A program made the position numbers and the translations under genes. 64,000 nucleotides of DNA from Catajapyx aquilonaris (taxonomy: Eukaryota): contig KZ538080.1 of the NCBI GenBank assembly GCA_000934665.2, positions 1 to 64,000 on the forward strand, read 5' to 3'. Below the pieces are notes generated by a model. The model was given only the letters and a program-made list of their open reading frames with translations. It was not told the origin of the DNA and searched no databases. Positions 38,311 to 52,600 of the stretch are shown here, one piece after another; the stretch's first letter is position 1; every line of letters starts with the position of its first letter.

Positions 38311-39475
38311 AGCACCAAACAACACAGCAATCTTGGCATACTCAAGCCCATGCTCAAGCCATGGCTTACTGTAACCTCCTTGGTAATCCCCTACATAATA
38401 TTGGTTAAATAGCCTGGTACCATTGTAGTGGACAAACAATATTGGCGCACGGAACTCAGCAACAGCACCATGCAACATTCCGTGCCCACTGCACCAGGCT
38501 TGACTGTTGCGTAACACTTGACTATGCGCATCACACACCACTCCCACTATGCACTGGGTACCACAAAGGTGCATTCCATGAACCTCCTCCTCCCCTCCAT
38601 CCACACACCTTCTGAAACACAACACAGCCATGAGTGCCCCTCCAAAACTTACGTGCATCTCCCTTTGCCTCGCTGAGCATGACCATTCTCAGGGCCTGGT
38701 TCTGCAACACACACACAGCATCATCAGTATCTTCCTTCCTTACTCCCCCACCGCCCACTGCTCACCGCCTCTGTCCCCACCCTTCTTCTTCTTCGTCTTC
38801 CCCGTCCGTGCCTGGCCCTGGTCGTCGTGCAGGCAGGCAGACACCCAGTCCGTCGTAACAAGATGGCCGTGTGCTGACCGTCCCCCTTCGATGTCTGGGG
38901 CTGGCGCCTGGCTGGGCTGGACAGTCCTCGGAGCGCCCTTTTCCCCCACTCCCTTTATGCACGGGAGTCCCTCTCTACTAGGCTTTTATTCCGACCGAAC
39001 CCGTGCTGCCACCTATACCACGCCGATCTGCCCGCTGTCTGATCCACAGCCTGAAGGGGCCTGGCCTCCCTCCCTGCCCCCTTCCCTAGACGCGGAGTAG
39101 ACCCAGGGGCGTGCAAGGGGCGGAGGGTGGGTCTGCCCCTGGTGCTGCCCTGGGCTGGGAAGGAGGGAATGGATTTTTTTCTTGGTGGCGTGAGTCGGCC
39201 ATTTGCAGACCGGAAGTTGGGTGTAATGACGGGAGAGCATTGCCACCAGGGGGAACATGGGAGGGGACACTCATTACGTCGCACACGGGGTCTTAAGAAG
39301 GGAAAGGGTCGCATTTGACACTGGAATAATTAATCGGATGGATACCCGCAGGTGGGTTTGTAAAGTGAAGAGACGGGAGGTCAGTGGGTGACGAGAGTGC
39401 TGGCACCTGGTGTCCGAAGTTGGGAGGATCAGCATGGTGTAGAAGACAAGGTGGTCCAGAGAGTTCGACCAGAAA

Positions 39476-40409
39476 ATGAAGCTTTTGCTTGGTTCCTCCT
39501 TGGCAAGGAGCCTGCTTGGTGAGCAGACACCCAAGTCGAAATTTACATTCGATGCTAAAGGCAACTGTTTCCAATCGCAGACCCAGCACGCCGGTTGCTC
39601 CAAAACTACGTGCCGGCCGCAACCATCAAGATATTCGACATACCGACCAACTACAATGGTACACATGGTGAAAATTGATGGGTTGTCAACCATCACCAAT
39701 TATGGACTAATGTTTCTGTTCTGCAGATATTGAGATTCCTGAGAAGCCAAAGCTGAAATTCTTGGATAAGGTTCCGCAGTTCCCGCCAGGAACACGGGCT
39801 CCACGAATGCAAAAGAAAATCATCTTTATGCGAGGACCTGAGTTGGTCCACACTGAGCTTATTCACAAGCAGTATGGCATTATTGTAAGTTTTGTACAAT
39901 CTTACATGTCTTTTGGCTGGAAAAGGTGGTGAACTTGTTACCTCCCTCAGGCCTTACATGGTGGGCGCCTTCGCCATGGCCACTTGGAGATGATCCGCAT
40001 GACCCTAGGGCGTAGGATGGACGCAAGTCGGATGTTTGCTGTGTGGAGAGTGGATGCACCTTGGCAGCCAGTGACCAGGAAGGGTCAGGGTAAGCGCATG
40101 GGAGGAGGAAAAGGATCAATAGACCACTATGTTACTCCAATCAAGGCTGGAAGGGTCATTGTGGAGTTGGGCGGGAAGTGCCAGTTTGAAGAAGTCAAGA
40201 AAATGCTGACGGAAGTGGCCTGGAAGCTTCCTTTCAAAGCGAGGGTGGTGTCTCAGGAGATCATGGAGGAAAGGAAGGCAGAAGTGGAGAGGATAGCCAG
40301 GGAAAATCTCAATCCCTACACCTACGAGTACATAGTCAAAAATAACATCCAGGGGTGCCGCAATTGGATGTCTCCGTACGACAAGAAGTGGTTTGGAAGA
40401 TTTATCTAG
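39476..40409 (+). CDS. MRPL16: Mitochondrial ribosomal protein L16 (uL16m). Exons 39476-39518, 39581-39658, 39727-39884, 39951-40409
   Basis: Basic/hydrophobic presequence, PEKPKLKFLDKVP, MRGPELVHTELIHKQYGIIALHGGRL and WRVDAPWQPVTRKGQGKRMGGGKGSIDHYVTPIKAGRVIVE. In-frame GT-AG joins; AATAAA at 40417-40422. Confidence 0.96.
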
Positions 40410-43400
40410 GATTCGCAATAAATTAAGTCTTGCATATTGGTTGTGTCATAATTCTTCAACTCTGCATTTCTTTGCTGGTCATGTATCTTGCTTATCCAAT
40501 GCCGCAACTGTTCGCAGGAATGAGAGCCACAACAATAGATGGCCAAAGTGCATTGGTTTTGCAAAAGGATAAGCGCAGGATATAACGTAAAGGAAGAAGG
40601 CCTCCATCTAACCTGAAATGGGGTTTCATTAGTGACAAACTCACTTTTTTAGGCTAAAAATTTATTGGGTACAGTAAATGTACTAAATGGCAGTCAACTT
40701 ACACAATAAAAAGTCTTGACTCTACAGCTGACGCAATCAAAATATAATGGTGCAGTTTTTAAGAAGACTTCTGATCCTCTACTCTCTCTCGGAGTGACTA
40801 GCTTTTTTGTGAATTGAAACTGAAGGAGTGGCCAACACCCAACGTGGTTTTTCTTCAGGGAGAAGGAAACTACTCCATTGTTTTTGTCAATTTAGAAATC
40901 TCGTTACTATTACTCGCCATTGCCATCAAAATCTTCCGTGTGGACAAAAACAAATTGGCAATAATAATGGGAATGTACATTCTCGTTTTATCTTTAATCC
41001 ACAGTTACATAAAACGTGGAGTAAAGTTCCCCAGAGGACACAAATATTGAATCCATACTGTATCTTCACACACTTATAACATTGTGCTATAGGCAACTTT
41101 CTCTTACAAGCGGTTCACATGCTGCTTATTTTTGTACGGGGAAGGGAAACAGGGATTAAAATATGTTGTGGACTGTTAAAAGAGTTGGCTGTCAGGTGTA
41201 CAGAAACCAACCCTGACAGCCGTCTGGAGGTAGGAGGATTCGAAGGATGATAAAGAGAAAGGGAAGGTGTTACTCTCCAGTTCAATGTCTCGAAAGATAT
41301 TGCGCAAACAGGTACTGTACAGCCAAAAAAATTTACCTCGCATGGAAGTTATCTCGCTTCTAAACGCCTGAACAAACACGTATTCCAAACATACGCACGA
41401 TACACTAACCCTTAAAAGCGCTAAAACGATTGGCTACCATCAGAAACATCCATAACGAGACACCAGTAACCAAAATGCTAGGTCGAAACTACTGTGCTCT
41501 TTTTAAACGTTTTCTTTGTAAATATCAAACCCCATGAGACGTTCGGGGGATGTGGTAAAGTTGGGGGGGAGGAGACGTACTGGTACCTAGTATGGCAAAT
41601 CACAACAGTGAACAGAAAACATTAGTGGGTGGAAGTAGAGGAAGAAATAAGATCTTTGGTTTCTCTCACAACTGATGGACTTCTTACACATATGAGAAGT
41701 ATGGCATGTGTAGCATATGAAAATAGTGCTTTTGACAGGGCAAAAACAGCATCAAGACAAAGCAGCAAAAAACTTTCGGCGTCCAAACTAGATGCTCCTT
41801 GGGATGAAAATGTTGCGCACACTACCCGTAGACAACAGTATGAAATTCCCTAAAGCGAACAATTTCATCCTTTGACCTCATGTTTTTGGGGTTTGTCTTG
41901 ACGTGTACCCAACAAAAGAGAAGGAAACATGATGCTGTTATATCAATGAATCCCAGCAAATAGTGAATGAGGCAGACAAATAAAAATAAAAAACCTCACG
42001 ATTTTTTCAAACGATGTCAGAAAATAATAATTACACAGGCAGATCAGTATAGCACCTCTTCCAGTGCTTCTTAAGCTAAACCCTATTACAGTACAGGCAT
42101 CGTAGTTACTATGTACAGTACAGACAGGGACAACCAAAGGTATAGCTTTCGTTTGTACAAAGATGCTGCAATAAATAAACTCCACCTTTACAAGGGGGAA
42201 ACATTTCCATAATAGAACTATGGAAATCTAAAATCACAGAATGGCAGTTGTCAATAATACAAAGAGATACTAACGTAATTAAGTGCCTGCGGTCGTCTTC
42301 CCTTTCCAGTGGCAGAAATGAACACAATTACAAAATAATACAACTTGTTGTTTCTAAAACAGAGTATTTGGTGTTAAAAGGGGGACTTCACACTTTACAT
42401 AGGAACATTCAGCACGTCACACAATTTTTTTTTTTGTTGTTCTCCTTAAGCAGACTTCTTTAAATAATACATGATTTTGTACAGTGACAAGTAACCCTTT
42501 GCAGTCCAGCAACCAAAGGGTACTGTTTCAAAATAATAATTAATAATTAATAAAACACCACACTTTCATCTCTAAGTCTTTCTCAAGATATGTCATTCAG
42601 TCATTTACTGGTCACGTTAAGTGGCCTCCCTTTGCCGTCCCTTTACGTTCCTGTTCCTTCTGAAAGTTCATCCTTTTTAAAAGGTTACGGGAAGATGTGC
42701 CACTTATAGTGATATATGGGTATTGCACATAATAAGCTTTTCATGTGAGGAGCAACTTCTCGACAATATTGTACAGCATTATGCATTGCCTTCCTTAACA
42801 GAGTTGTTACCTCCTCACCGGTGGGTTAACGTCAGCCATCACTTTTATGGCACACCAAAGCTAGGAGTTACTCAGACCATATGTGAACATGACTACATGT
42901 GTTGTGTTACTCAGGCCACCAATGATTGAACATGCAGAACAACGTGCAATATTCATTATGCTTGGCTGACTGATCAAGTTGCGCTTGATTTTGCTACAGT
43001 TTTGTTTTGGTACTTTCAAACGGAATTTGCAGAGTCTGTCACAGTCAATCATTGATGACCTGCACTGAACTTACTGTGTCTTAAGTTTGCACTTTCAAGA
43101 TGCCAGCATGTGACACTTGGTACTGTTTCCTTGTCACCTAGACTATGACATCATCTTGTGAGCTTTCTTGGGATAATGATTTTTGATAGACTGTGGCCTA
43201 CTCATTGCCAATTCATTCCCTTAGACGTTGCTCTTCACGAAGTTCTAACAAGTAAATATAAGGAAGACCTGTTCTTGTTAATAAACTCTACATAATGTAC
43301 TGCAATTTGAACTTGTGCATGATTCTACACTTCATTAGCCAGTTGATCACTGAGAAGTAATGTTTACATCAAATTACTATGAATGTTGGAATAATGGAAA

Positions 43401-43640
43401 TGCAAATTTAGGATGCAGCAAGTACACTTATCATAAATGCCTGGTCATGTCAAGCAACCCCCATTGTGTTGCAAAAAGAAAAAAGACTCGCGCAGCAGTA
43501 ATAAATATTTCAGCTTTTCGCCTTGCCTACCAGTGCCTCATTTTTCCTCGTCACCATCATAACAATGCCTTTGTTGCGTGGGTTGGTTGGGTTGTTGGCT
43601 ATGCTGCTTTCGATCGGCACTGAGAAGCGTCCAGCATTTA

Positions 43641-46600
43641 TCAGGCATTCGACTCCTTCAAGTTGTCGAAATACTCCATGAGCTGATCATAATCCATCCC
43701 GAGGTTCAAGTCCAGCCCCACCTCACTAGCACCTCCTTCTGCCTGGCCACACTGCTCACCACCCGCTGAGACAGCAGGCACCCCTGCAGAGAACATGGGG
43801 TTCCCAACGATTGTTGCCCTCTTCACCTGTGGGCCATCCCTGGTTCGGAACGTCCCTGCAGGCTCAGGAAAGAGGTCGACAAATCCAGGGTCATCCTCGA
43901 TGGCCTCCCTCCTCAGCTTCCTCTCATTGACTGCATTGTCCCTGCTGGCTGCCAGGTGACTCTTGGGCAGAACCCGGATACCTCCACAGGGTGCGAGGTT
44001 CACCCTGGGGAGTGCCTGGTGCCTGCTGGGGACAGTTGGGCTGATCTTGGCTGTCACCCCAATGTTGCGATGTGGTGGTACTGGTGGCTTGTAATCACCC
44101 ACATCTAAGTGCGGGGGAATGGGTGGGGGTTCCGGTGGTGCTACTGCCTCTACCATGTTGTTGTTGGCTGTGTCAACAGGAGAGGGTGGATTCGGCAAGA
44201 ATGTTATCTGCTGTCGGGGATTGTCCGTTGGCTGGTGTTTGCTGTATGTAGTCGAATTTATAACAGGCCGTGAAGGTAGTTGTACATGGCTTGGGTTTTC
44301 CAAGCAGGTTTCATTGTACGTTGGGTTTGCTGTAATTCGAATCTTCTTCTTGGCGCCTTCTGGATTTGGGGTCACTGCATGTGTTGATGCTCGCTCTAGT
44401 GTTGCTCTTCCAAGCCACACCCAGTCATGTGCATTGGTAGTAGAATCATTCTTATCACCTTTGAGGCCCTCCTTCTTCTTGAACTTGGATGCGTACACAA
44501 CGCACGATATGACAAACACCACAATAGCAATGCAAAACACCCCCAGCAGGACATACATCCCTATCTCTAATGGTGTCAAGTGTCCATTCTTTCCAACCAA
44601 GTATTGCCTTGCTTCCACTGTGGGCTGGTCCCTGATGAGTATGTCACTGAGGTTGTCGCTAAAATCATCACCGAGATCCATGTGCTTAAGCTTCTTGCCC
44701 TTTCGACCTTTCGACCCTGATTCCCGGTTAGGGCTGCCATCATTCTGGACAAAATCTGGCCTCTGATTGGCAGAGAAGTCCACTTCCACATGGGCAAATT
44801 CAGAAGCCAGTGGGTGGGAGTTCTTGCGATGGCACTCATCGGCTAACTCCAGCCCCACCCTCAAGAGATCTCCCTCTCCTTGACCCACTGCTATCACACG
44901 TGGATGATGTGAGGCCATCATTGGAGCAAATGCAACTACTGATGAGTTAAGGCTGTCCACTGATAGGTAGTAGTCATCGGTTGACACCTCACGAAGAGGT
45001 GTCCTGCTGCCATCTGAGAAATGGAGATCGATGTCCAAGAGACCCTCCTGGAAGAAACACCCAAGTTTTTGCAATGCACATAAAACCATAACGGCTAGTA
45101 CATACAGCTAGATGTTACTGCAATACAAAACGTACCTGATATTTGGCAGTCAGTTTTCTGGAAACCGATGTCTCAGCCACATAACCATTTTCGATATCAC
45201 CATCAGGAATTATGGTCAGCTGAAGCCCTGATATGACACTCACGCTGATACTGCTGAGCTTAACTTTGTCATTTGCCACCCTGACCTCCTTGGCGCCTAT
45301 CACACGCCCAGTAATTGGTGATATCACCTGAAAATTCAACAAAGCAGTGAATTTGCGATATTCCCTTGCATGTTCCTCAATTCATACCTGGACTTCTGTT
45401 CTGCCCATGCTGAGCCCCTGCAAGATGCGCCCTTTGAGAGATGCTATCCTAGAGTCAGCCACCCGCAGCAAGTTCTGAACCAAGTCCGTCATACGCAAAA
45501 AGGTCTTTCGGGACAAGAAGTAGGACACGCGACCAGAGTCCTGATCCTCGGCAAAAAATCTAGCATACACCTCGATGCCACTCTGCTGGAACCGCAGTCT
45601 GCATATGTATCGGTCAGCATCGCCACCCAAGTCATCTGGAATTGCTTGGGTTTGCCACCGGTGGAAGTTGCTGCTCTTGCTGTAACCATCCTCAGCAAAC
45701 CTCTTCACCTTCCTGTCAGAAGCAGAATATTTTTGAAACACAGTGTATGTTTACTAGTGTAAGTGACTAATAACCCATCATAAAATGAATGTTGCGGTGG
45801 TACAATGTGCTTCACAGTTTGCATCCCTGTGATTATAACTTTCAAAATTTTCAATATAACCCCCCCTGAGGTCCTGATATTGTATTACCCAGCTCAAGTC
45901 ATGTTTACCCATTTGATCCCCTTTAATCTTGGGATGCTGCAAAACTGAAATCCTTCCTAAGCTTCAGGGATGAGTTGAAAAGTGTCCCTGGATTCATTCA
46001 ACTTACTGCTTGTATCCATGTGGGACTCTCCACCCTTTGATCTGGTTCAACTTTGGATCAGCCACATCGATCTGCAGTTGAAACTCTGGCATCCACACAA
46101 TGAACTTGGCATTCCCATTATACGTGCCATACTTGACCATCACCGACGCATTAGTGGAACCCCTGATTTCAGACCCATCCACATACACCGACGTGCAAGA
46201 TGACGACACCTGCAAAATAAACCAGTTACAATCCAGGTATGACTGCGGCACTGCTGATCCATACCTTGAGGACACTCTCATCTTCAGAGTGACAAGACGA
46301 CTGAAGAGTGACATCCGCAACCTTTCCAGCCTGGCTGACAATGAAGACTTTCATGGGTTGAGACACCTGCTTCCCGGTCAACACAGCAGTATTGATCAGC
46401 TCCCAATTCTGCAAGAAACAACCGCAAGGAAATTGTTAATTACACACCCATCATTCTATAGTACCACTTGAACATGCTGCTCATAAAATACCAACAAATT
46501 CGTTGCAAATATATTCAAATGGATTTTCTGACTCATCCTCAATTGAAAGCCAGCAACTCCCTAGGAAACCAGTGTGAAGCGAGGTGGATATCAGCAACAT

Positions 46601-49600
46601 GTCTCCTCTGATCTGGATCAACTTGATCCGGATGTAAAAAAGGAAGCGTCGGCTGGCTGGGGGGTCGACTGCAGGAGGCATGGACCATTAATATCATCGC
46701 TGAGAGACGCATTGTGCAGGCGGCTTGCAAAAACCCAAGAGCCAACCCCCCTCTTTTTTGCCAAAGGGTGTCCGTGTCGCCTCTCATAAATAATGCAGGT
46801 AATGGCACCTGTGTCGTACGAGTTGTGACAAGTGCAAAGAAGGGTTTGGGGGGGGGGGGGNNNNNNNNNNNNNGGCTCTTCTCCTTTTTCGGTCCTCCCA
46901 CAGCTCGTCCTAGCAACCAGGGCACACCATACCACCCCAAAATCAATACCTACTTCGCCTCCCCACCCTCTCAAACTTTGCCTCTCAGGATCAGAACAAA
47001 GTTTTTTATTCTGTCCAAAAACATACAGTTATGCAAAGGTCAGTGTAACTGGTAACCGCCACATCAAAGAATCATTTCCAAAAGTACTTCAAACATCCAG
47101 ACTTTCCCTCGGACAACAATGGGTATTGGGAAAGCACACATAAAATCCTCCAATTACACCATTTTGCTAACTGCGTCCCCCAACATCCAGAGCCGCAAAA
47201 GTCCATTCCAAGTCTGCAGGATGATGATGATTGTCCCCCCCTTCCTAGTTGGCGACTTGCCCGAAAGGACCTATTGTCCACCGTTGGAGCACAGCAACAC
47301 TGCAAAACTTGGGTCCCAAACTGCGAGTCAAATCCAAGGCCCGGCTTAAGATTGGGACCTAATCCTTAGGAGGCCATTACGCAACTTTCTGATGTTCATT
47401 TGGACCTAGGTCCCAAAAATGGCGGAACTAACGGTCGAATTTTGACCGTTACTCTCGCGTTCCTGCCGCGTAGGATCGCGTCCGCCATCTTGGCCTCACT
47501 TCAGGACTTTTCCCACGTCAATCATGTAGCACCAACTCATGAATTATTTAACACACACTTCATAAAGTGTTCCCTGAGGGGCATGTTGGAGAATTTACTG
47601 CTTTTCGGACCGGCATTGCGTGCAATTCAAAACCCTCTGTGCTGACTGGCGAGCTGTAGAAATACCCGTGGACTTTCCGCCTCAGACGAGTTGGAAAGTT
47701 GTGACGTGGAATAAGTCCCTGAAGTCAAATCCCATGCCGACCTCCCCCTAGGTTTAAACGTATAATTAAATGTGTCGTCTCGGAATCACGGTGACTGAAT
47801 GAATCCATTTTAAGCCAGGACGTGGAATTGTAGGAGTCGTGCCATGCAGAGATGGTTATGTATCACAGTCAGACACAGACGCCAGAACACTTAAATTATA
47901 ATTACTGGTATATGTCACAATATCTATATTATTAATACCCTACTCGCCTACTGTGAGGGCGATTCCTCCCGCTGTGTACGGCCTACAGCATTAGGAGTGA
48001 TGTCCTAATTTAGCCCGCGTTTTTTGTTTTTTGGAAATAGTGCCTAGGGAATTTATAAAATGCGCAAAAAATGCCGACCGCCTAAAAAAACACACCGCGA
48101 CCTTTCACGGAGTACCCATAAACGCCGTTCCGGCCGCGGGGCGCCACCTCCAGGGTGGCTACTCGCTTACGTCGGCACTTTACCGTCAGATGTCGCTGCC
48201 TGGTCAGTCTCTCTCTCCAATTTCGCAATTTCGCCAAATTTTTGCCAAAATTTGGCTAGTTGGTGCCTAGTGCATATTAATAACTGTCCAGCATTGTATT
48301 TAATTTCCAGTTTGACGAATAAATAGGTCAACAAAATGTCTAATTAAAATTTCACTACACTCTTGTGTGATGGTAGACCACAAACTAATGAGAGCTCATT
48401 TGCGCTTTATGCTGTGCCTATACAGTGCATTATTATTTACAAAACGTCAACGCGGCGGCGCCTGCACTATTTTAATTCACAACAAAACTCATTACCCACA
48501 CTGTTTCTCTATTATCAGGCCAGTACACTCACACAATATTGTTCAAAAACCCTAGGAAAAAAAAATACATCCATTCCCGCTTCTTCAAAGCCGACATCCT
48601 CGAATCTACTACAGTTGATTGCACTGAAAAACTGCATTGCGCTCTGTTTATTTCTTCCTTCTTTTGCCAGCACACATCCCGCTTTTTTTTCCACGCTTTT
48701 TTTACTCGCTCTCTTTTACCCTTTTTTTTTTTTTTGTTTCAGTCGCAGCACAACAGCAGCCCCTAATTTCCTCTCGCCTGCCTCTCTCTTCACTTTGGCC
48801 GCAATTTCCTCTGAACTAATTATCCATTACTGGAAGAAGCAATTCCGCTGCACCTTTAACTGCTTTCACAACTTTGCTCTAAAAGTGTCAACTGACTACC
48901 GACACACAAAAAAAAACAAGATGTCGTAAAAGAGACGAAACCCAGTTCAGCTCGAATTGTCAATAAAACATTTTGATTTCAAATTATACGGTACAAATCC
49001 GGTACTGTTTCTCATTTTTTTTAAAATGTGGCCCACAATTGTCAAAAAATCACTGGTGGCAAACCTGTCCGGAAATCACGTCAGGTGTGCTCTCCTGGAT
49101 GATTTTGGTACTGGAAGCAGCCTGGAACAGTCCGGATAACGATTATCCGGAGCCTGAGGAAGGCAGACCCGTCCTCCAATTAGTCCCAGGCAGGCAACCT
49201 CAACCATTTCTCTCCAATCCTCTCTGGAAATTAGCCCTGTCTCTCTCCTCTCGACTATTCCCATGTCCACATTACGTGATTCGGGCTATACCTGCTTGAA
49301 TTGGACTCGGGCACGTGTCCCCACGTTCACCTGACCCATACCGCGGAAGGGTTAGGTGTGAACCTGTCCCCCCCCTTTTTTTTATGTGGACCGGTTGTTT
49401 ACACGCTTCATGTTCCGCATTTCCAACAGGTGATGTCCTCGTGGCTAAAATAGCGTGGGACTCGAAATAACTGTGGGATCCTTGCGAGGTTTAGGCAGCC
49501 TGCCCAACGCTCCAGGGATGACGAGTTGCCTACATTGCGGAACATTGAGCTAGAGAATCGGGTGTTTATTGGTGCTGCGGATGTTTCAGATGGATATCGT

Positions 49601-52600
49601 CGGGGTATGGTCCACTGAGGTACGAGGAAGGCTCAGGAAAGACTGTACCCAAAAATATTTAATATTTCATCTCATTAAATATTATTTACTAGAAAAACTT
49701 GTGCTTCGTTCTCATTTTTCTAGTACCATCCACCAGAGGCGCTGCCTCCTGCCATTGCGCCGGCGCAGAATGGGGGCCAATTGTCGTGCAAACATAAGAT
49801 GAAATATTCAATACAATAATTCGTAGTTACAATTTTTAAACTCGTTGTGTAAGGCGTCTGATTGGCCCGCCATATATTGTTTGCGCGACGATTGGCCCCC
49901 GTTCTGCGCCGGCGCAATGGCAGGAGGCAGCGCCTCTGGTGGATGATAACATTTGCCTAAAATGTCAAACGAGTTGATTTTGACCGAATTTGGACTAAGG
50001 TAAAATAAGATTAAATATTCAGTAAAATAATTCGTAATCAAATTTGTTAAAATCGTTGTGTAAGTGTGAGGCTTCTCATTGGCCCGCCATATATTATATC
50101 CAGTTACCTTAGTCCAAATTAGGTCAAAATCAACTCGTTTCACATTTTAGGCAAATGTTGGCAAGCTTGAGGATCAAAGGTGACTGTTTCTTAGAAGTCT
50201 TTTTTGTTTTCCCTCGGAACAATCGTCATATTGAACCGGGTCTCCTAATTAAGTTACGGATTGCCATTAGGTGAATTATAGTCGCTTAGAAATACAGACT
50301 GCCGAGACGGCGAAATGGGCATCAATAAACAAGCTTCATTAATAACCCAGACTTAATTAATACGGCTGAGAGGTTGACGACATCCTGGAAAATTGAACGC
50401 GATTTTCATTGTTGGGAAATCCCACTTCGTTTTGCACTGTATGCGATATGCCACGGGCACTGCGTTTGGTAAATGAGAGCTGTATTGCGTAATGTTACGA
50501 CATGTGTATCATTCAATGTTTCTTGGTAATATAGTATCGACCTGTATATTCATGTCAGGAAAGGCACTCATTACATGTTCAAACACTCGTACACTGTTTC
50601 TCCACAGCAGGTCACATCCGACGTCACACATGTCCAAATATAGGGTCCCCCATCGTTAGGTCCGGCTCCATCCAATTTAAAACTCCGATTTAATTCCCCC
50701 TCACGCCCTCCCCAAAAACTGCTGTACTTGCACCATAAAAATAATTCGCGGCAAGTTGGAATTAAATCTGGCGTTTTGGGCCTCATTAAAAATGCATCTG
50801 GCGCCATGTCCCACGAGCGACGTTACGTCAATTACAACTAAACGAGTCCGTCGCAGTTCACAAAAATCATTCGGCAGGACCACCCCACAAGTACTGCTGG
50901 GAACCACCAGCTTAAACTTCATTATATGCTGTCCAACCACCCAATTTAGGTGGCCATACAAAAAAAAAATTAGCCTCCCAATAAATTACCATTAAAAATC
51001 AGGCCACTAATTTCAACTTTTAGGTCCAGTCGACCCCTGGGGACAATGACACCTTGGCTCTTCCCTGACGACACTTTGTAGGTGCCAAGCGACCCTTACT
51101 AAGTGCAAACAATGGGAAATTAATATGCATGAAGAGCTGCGGCGTTTTGCTCCTGCACCATGCGACTTGCATATTACACTAGGAGAATTGGGTGGGGTGG
51201 GGGGGGAGGGGGTCTCTTCCTAAATTCAAGCCTAGAAGCACTGCGAATTGGCGGTGTACCTACGCTACACTGTACCGAACCGAACGCCGATTGCAAGTTA
51301 CCACTAATCTGTTCGATACACCCGCAAGACCGACTTTTACGTTAAATATAGACGAACTGAGATTGCAGTATTGATAAGTTCGATTAAGTGCAAAAATTCG
51401 CACAAAATGTATGGCAGGAGAGAACCTAAGTGTATAGGTCGTTGCTGCACTTTTCAAACAACAATCAAAATGCCAGGTTTTATTCCTACATCTACGAAGA
51501 TACCCCCTCTCCATTTCATATAAAAAAATCTTGTCGTCTCCAGCAATTCCCTCAGTATTTCTTCTCTCAATCGCAGTATAAAACGCGGCCGACGGGGCCA
51601 GATCTCGCTCACTATAAATGTCGCTAGCAATTTAATTTTCGCAGTTCTGTCCGCAGTAAAAAAAAAAAAAGGAAGCCATCGAGGACAACGATGACGTCTC
51701 TTGCTTTGGCAATGGAGACGTGGAATGAGACCAGATAACCCCCTCGCAAGATTCGACTTGCCGAGATGAGATATAAAACGAAATAACTCCGCATAATTTG
51801 TAAAGGCCGCGACGTATTACGTCACTATTTTTAGTTTAAAAGCGTGGCTTAATCCGCCTGTAATAAATTCGCTGTTTTTGTCCTCTCCCTTGGTCGGAAC
51901 CAGTCATAAGGCTGCGGCAGTGCTCCAAGAGCAATAAAACGCACCATAAGGAAGGCCAATTAAAAGGAAACTGCGCCAAGGTTTGGTTGGAAGCAGTTAC
52001 ATGTGCATGGAATGCACTCCTTGCAATTTAGAAATGTTTTTTTAAAACTATTTTTAAATATTACTGTCCTCACAAATTTTATGACAAAGTAGCATTACGC
52101 CTAATAATTAAACACGCGCAAATTCTCACAAGCACCCTGTAAAACCTTAACGACACACTTTTCATTTAGAGCCTATATTAACACCCTGCGTACTTTTTTT
52201 TTAAAAAAAAAATAGACAGTGACCTACCAGGATAGCCCGTATTAAAAACCATGCACCAGCTCTAATTTTCATAATGTCCTACATCCCATCCTCCATACAA
52301 GGACCGCAAATGCCTCTCGGGGCCACACTATGATAATTTTTATCCAGTTCCTCCTAAAGTAGTTTCACAACCCAACTACCCCCCCAAAAAAAGGAACAAG
52401 CAGGCATCCACACTGAATTACACCCCAAGTCCGAAGTGTTTATTGCGATGAAAAGGGGTGAAATAAAGAAAAAAAAACGAAGACAGCGGATAAGAAACGA
52501 GAAGCATTTGTCCAAAGCAAGAGACGCCCTCGACACTCGTAATTTTCCTCGTTTTTTTCGACAAGGGTTTGAAATTTACCGCCTCTAGAGCCCTTCCTTG

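Noticed and set aside
44119..44766. 215-aa plus-strand ORF
   Set aside because: Antisense shadow of the last TMEM132 exon.
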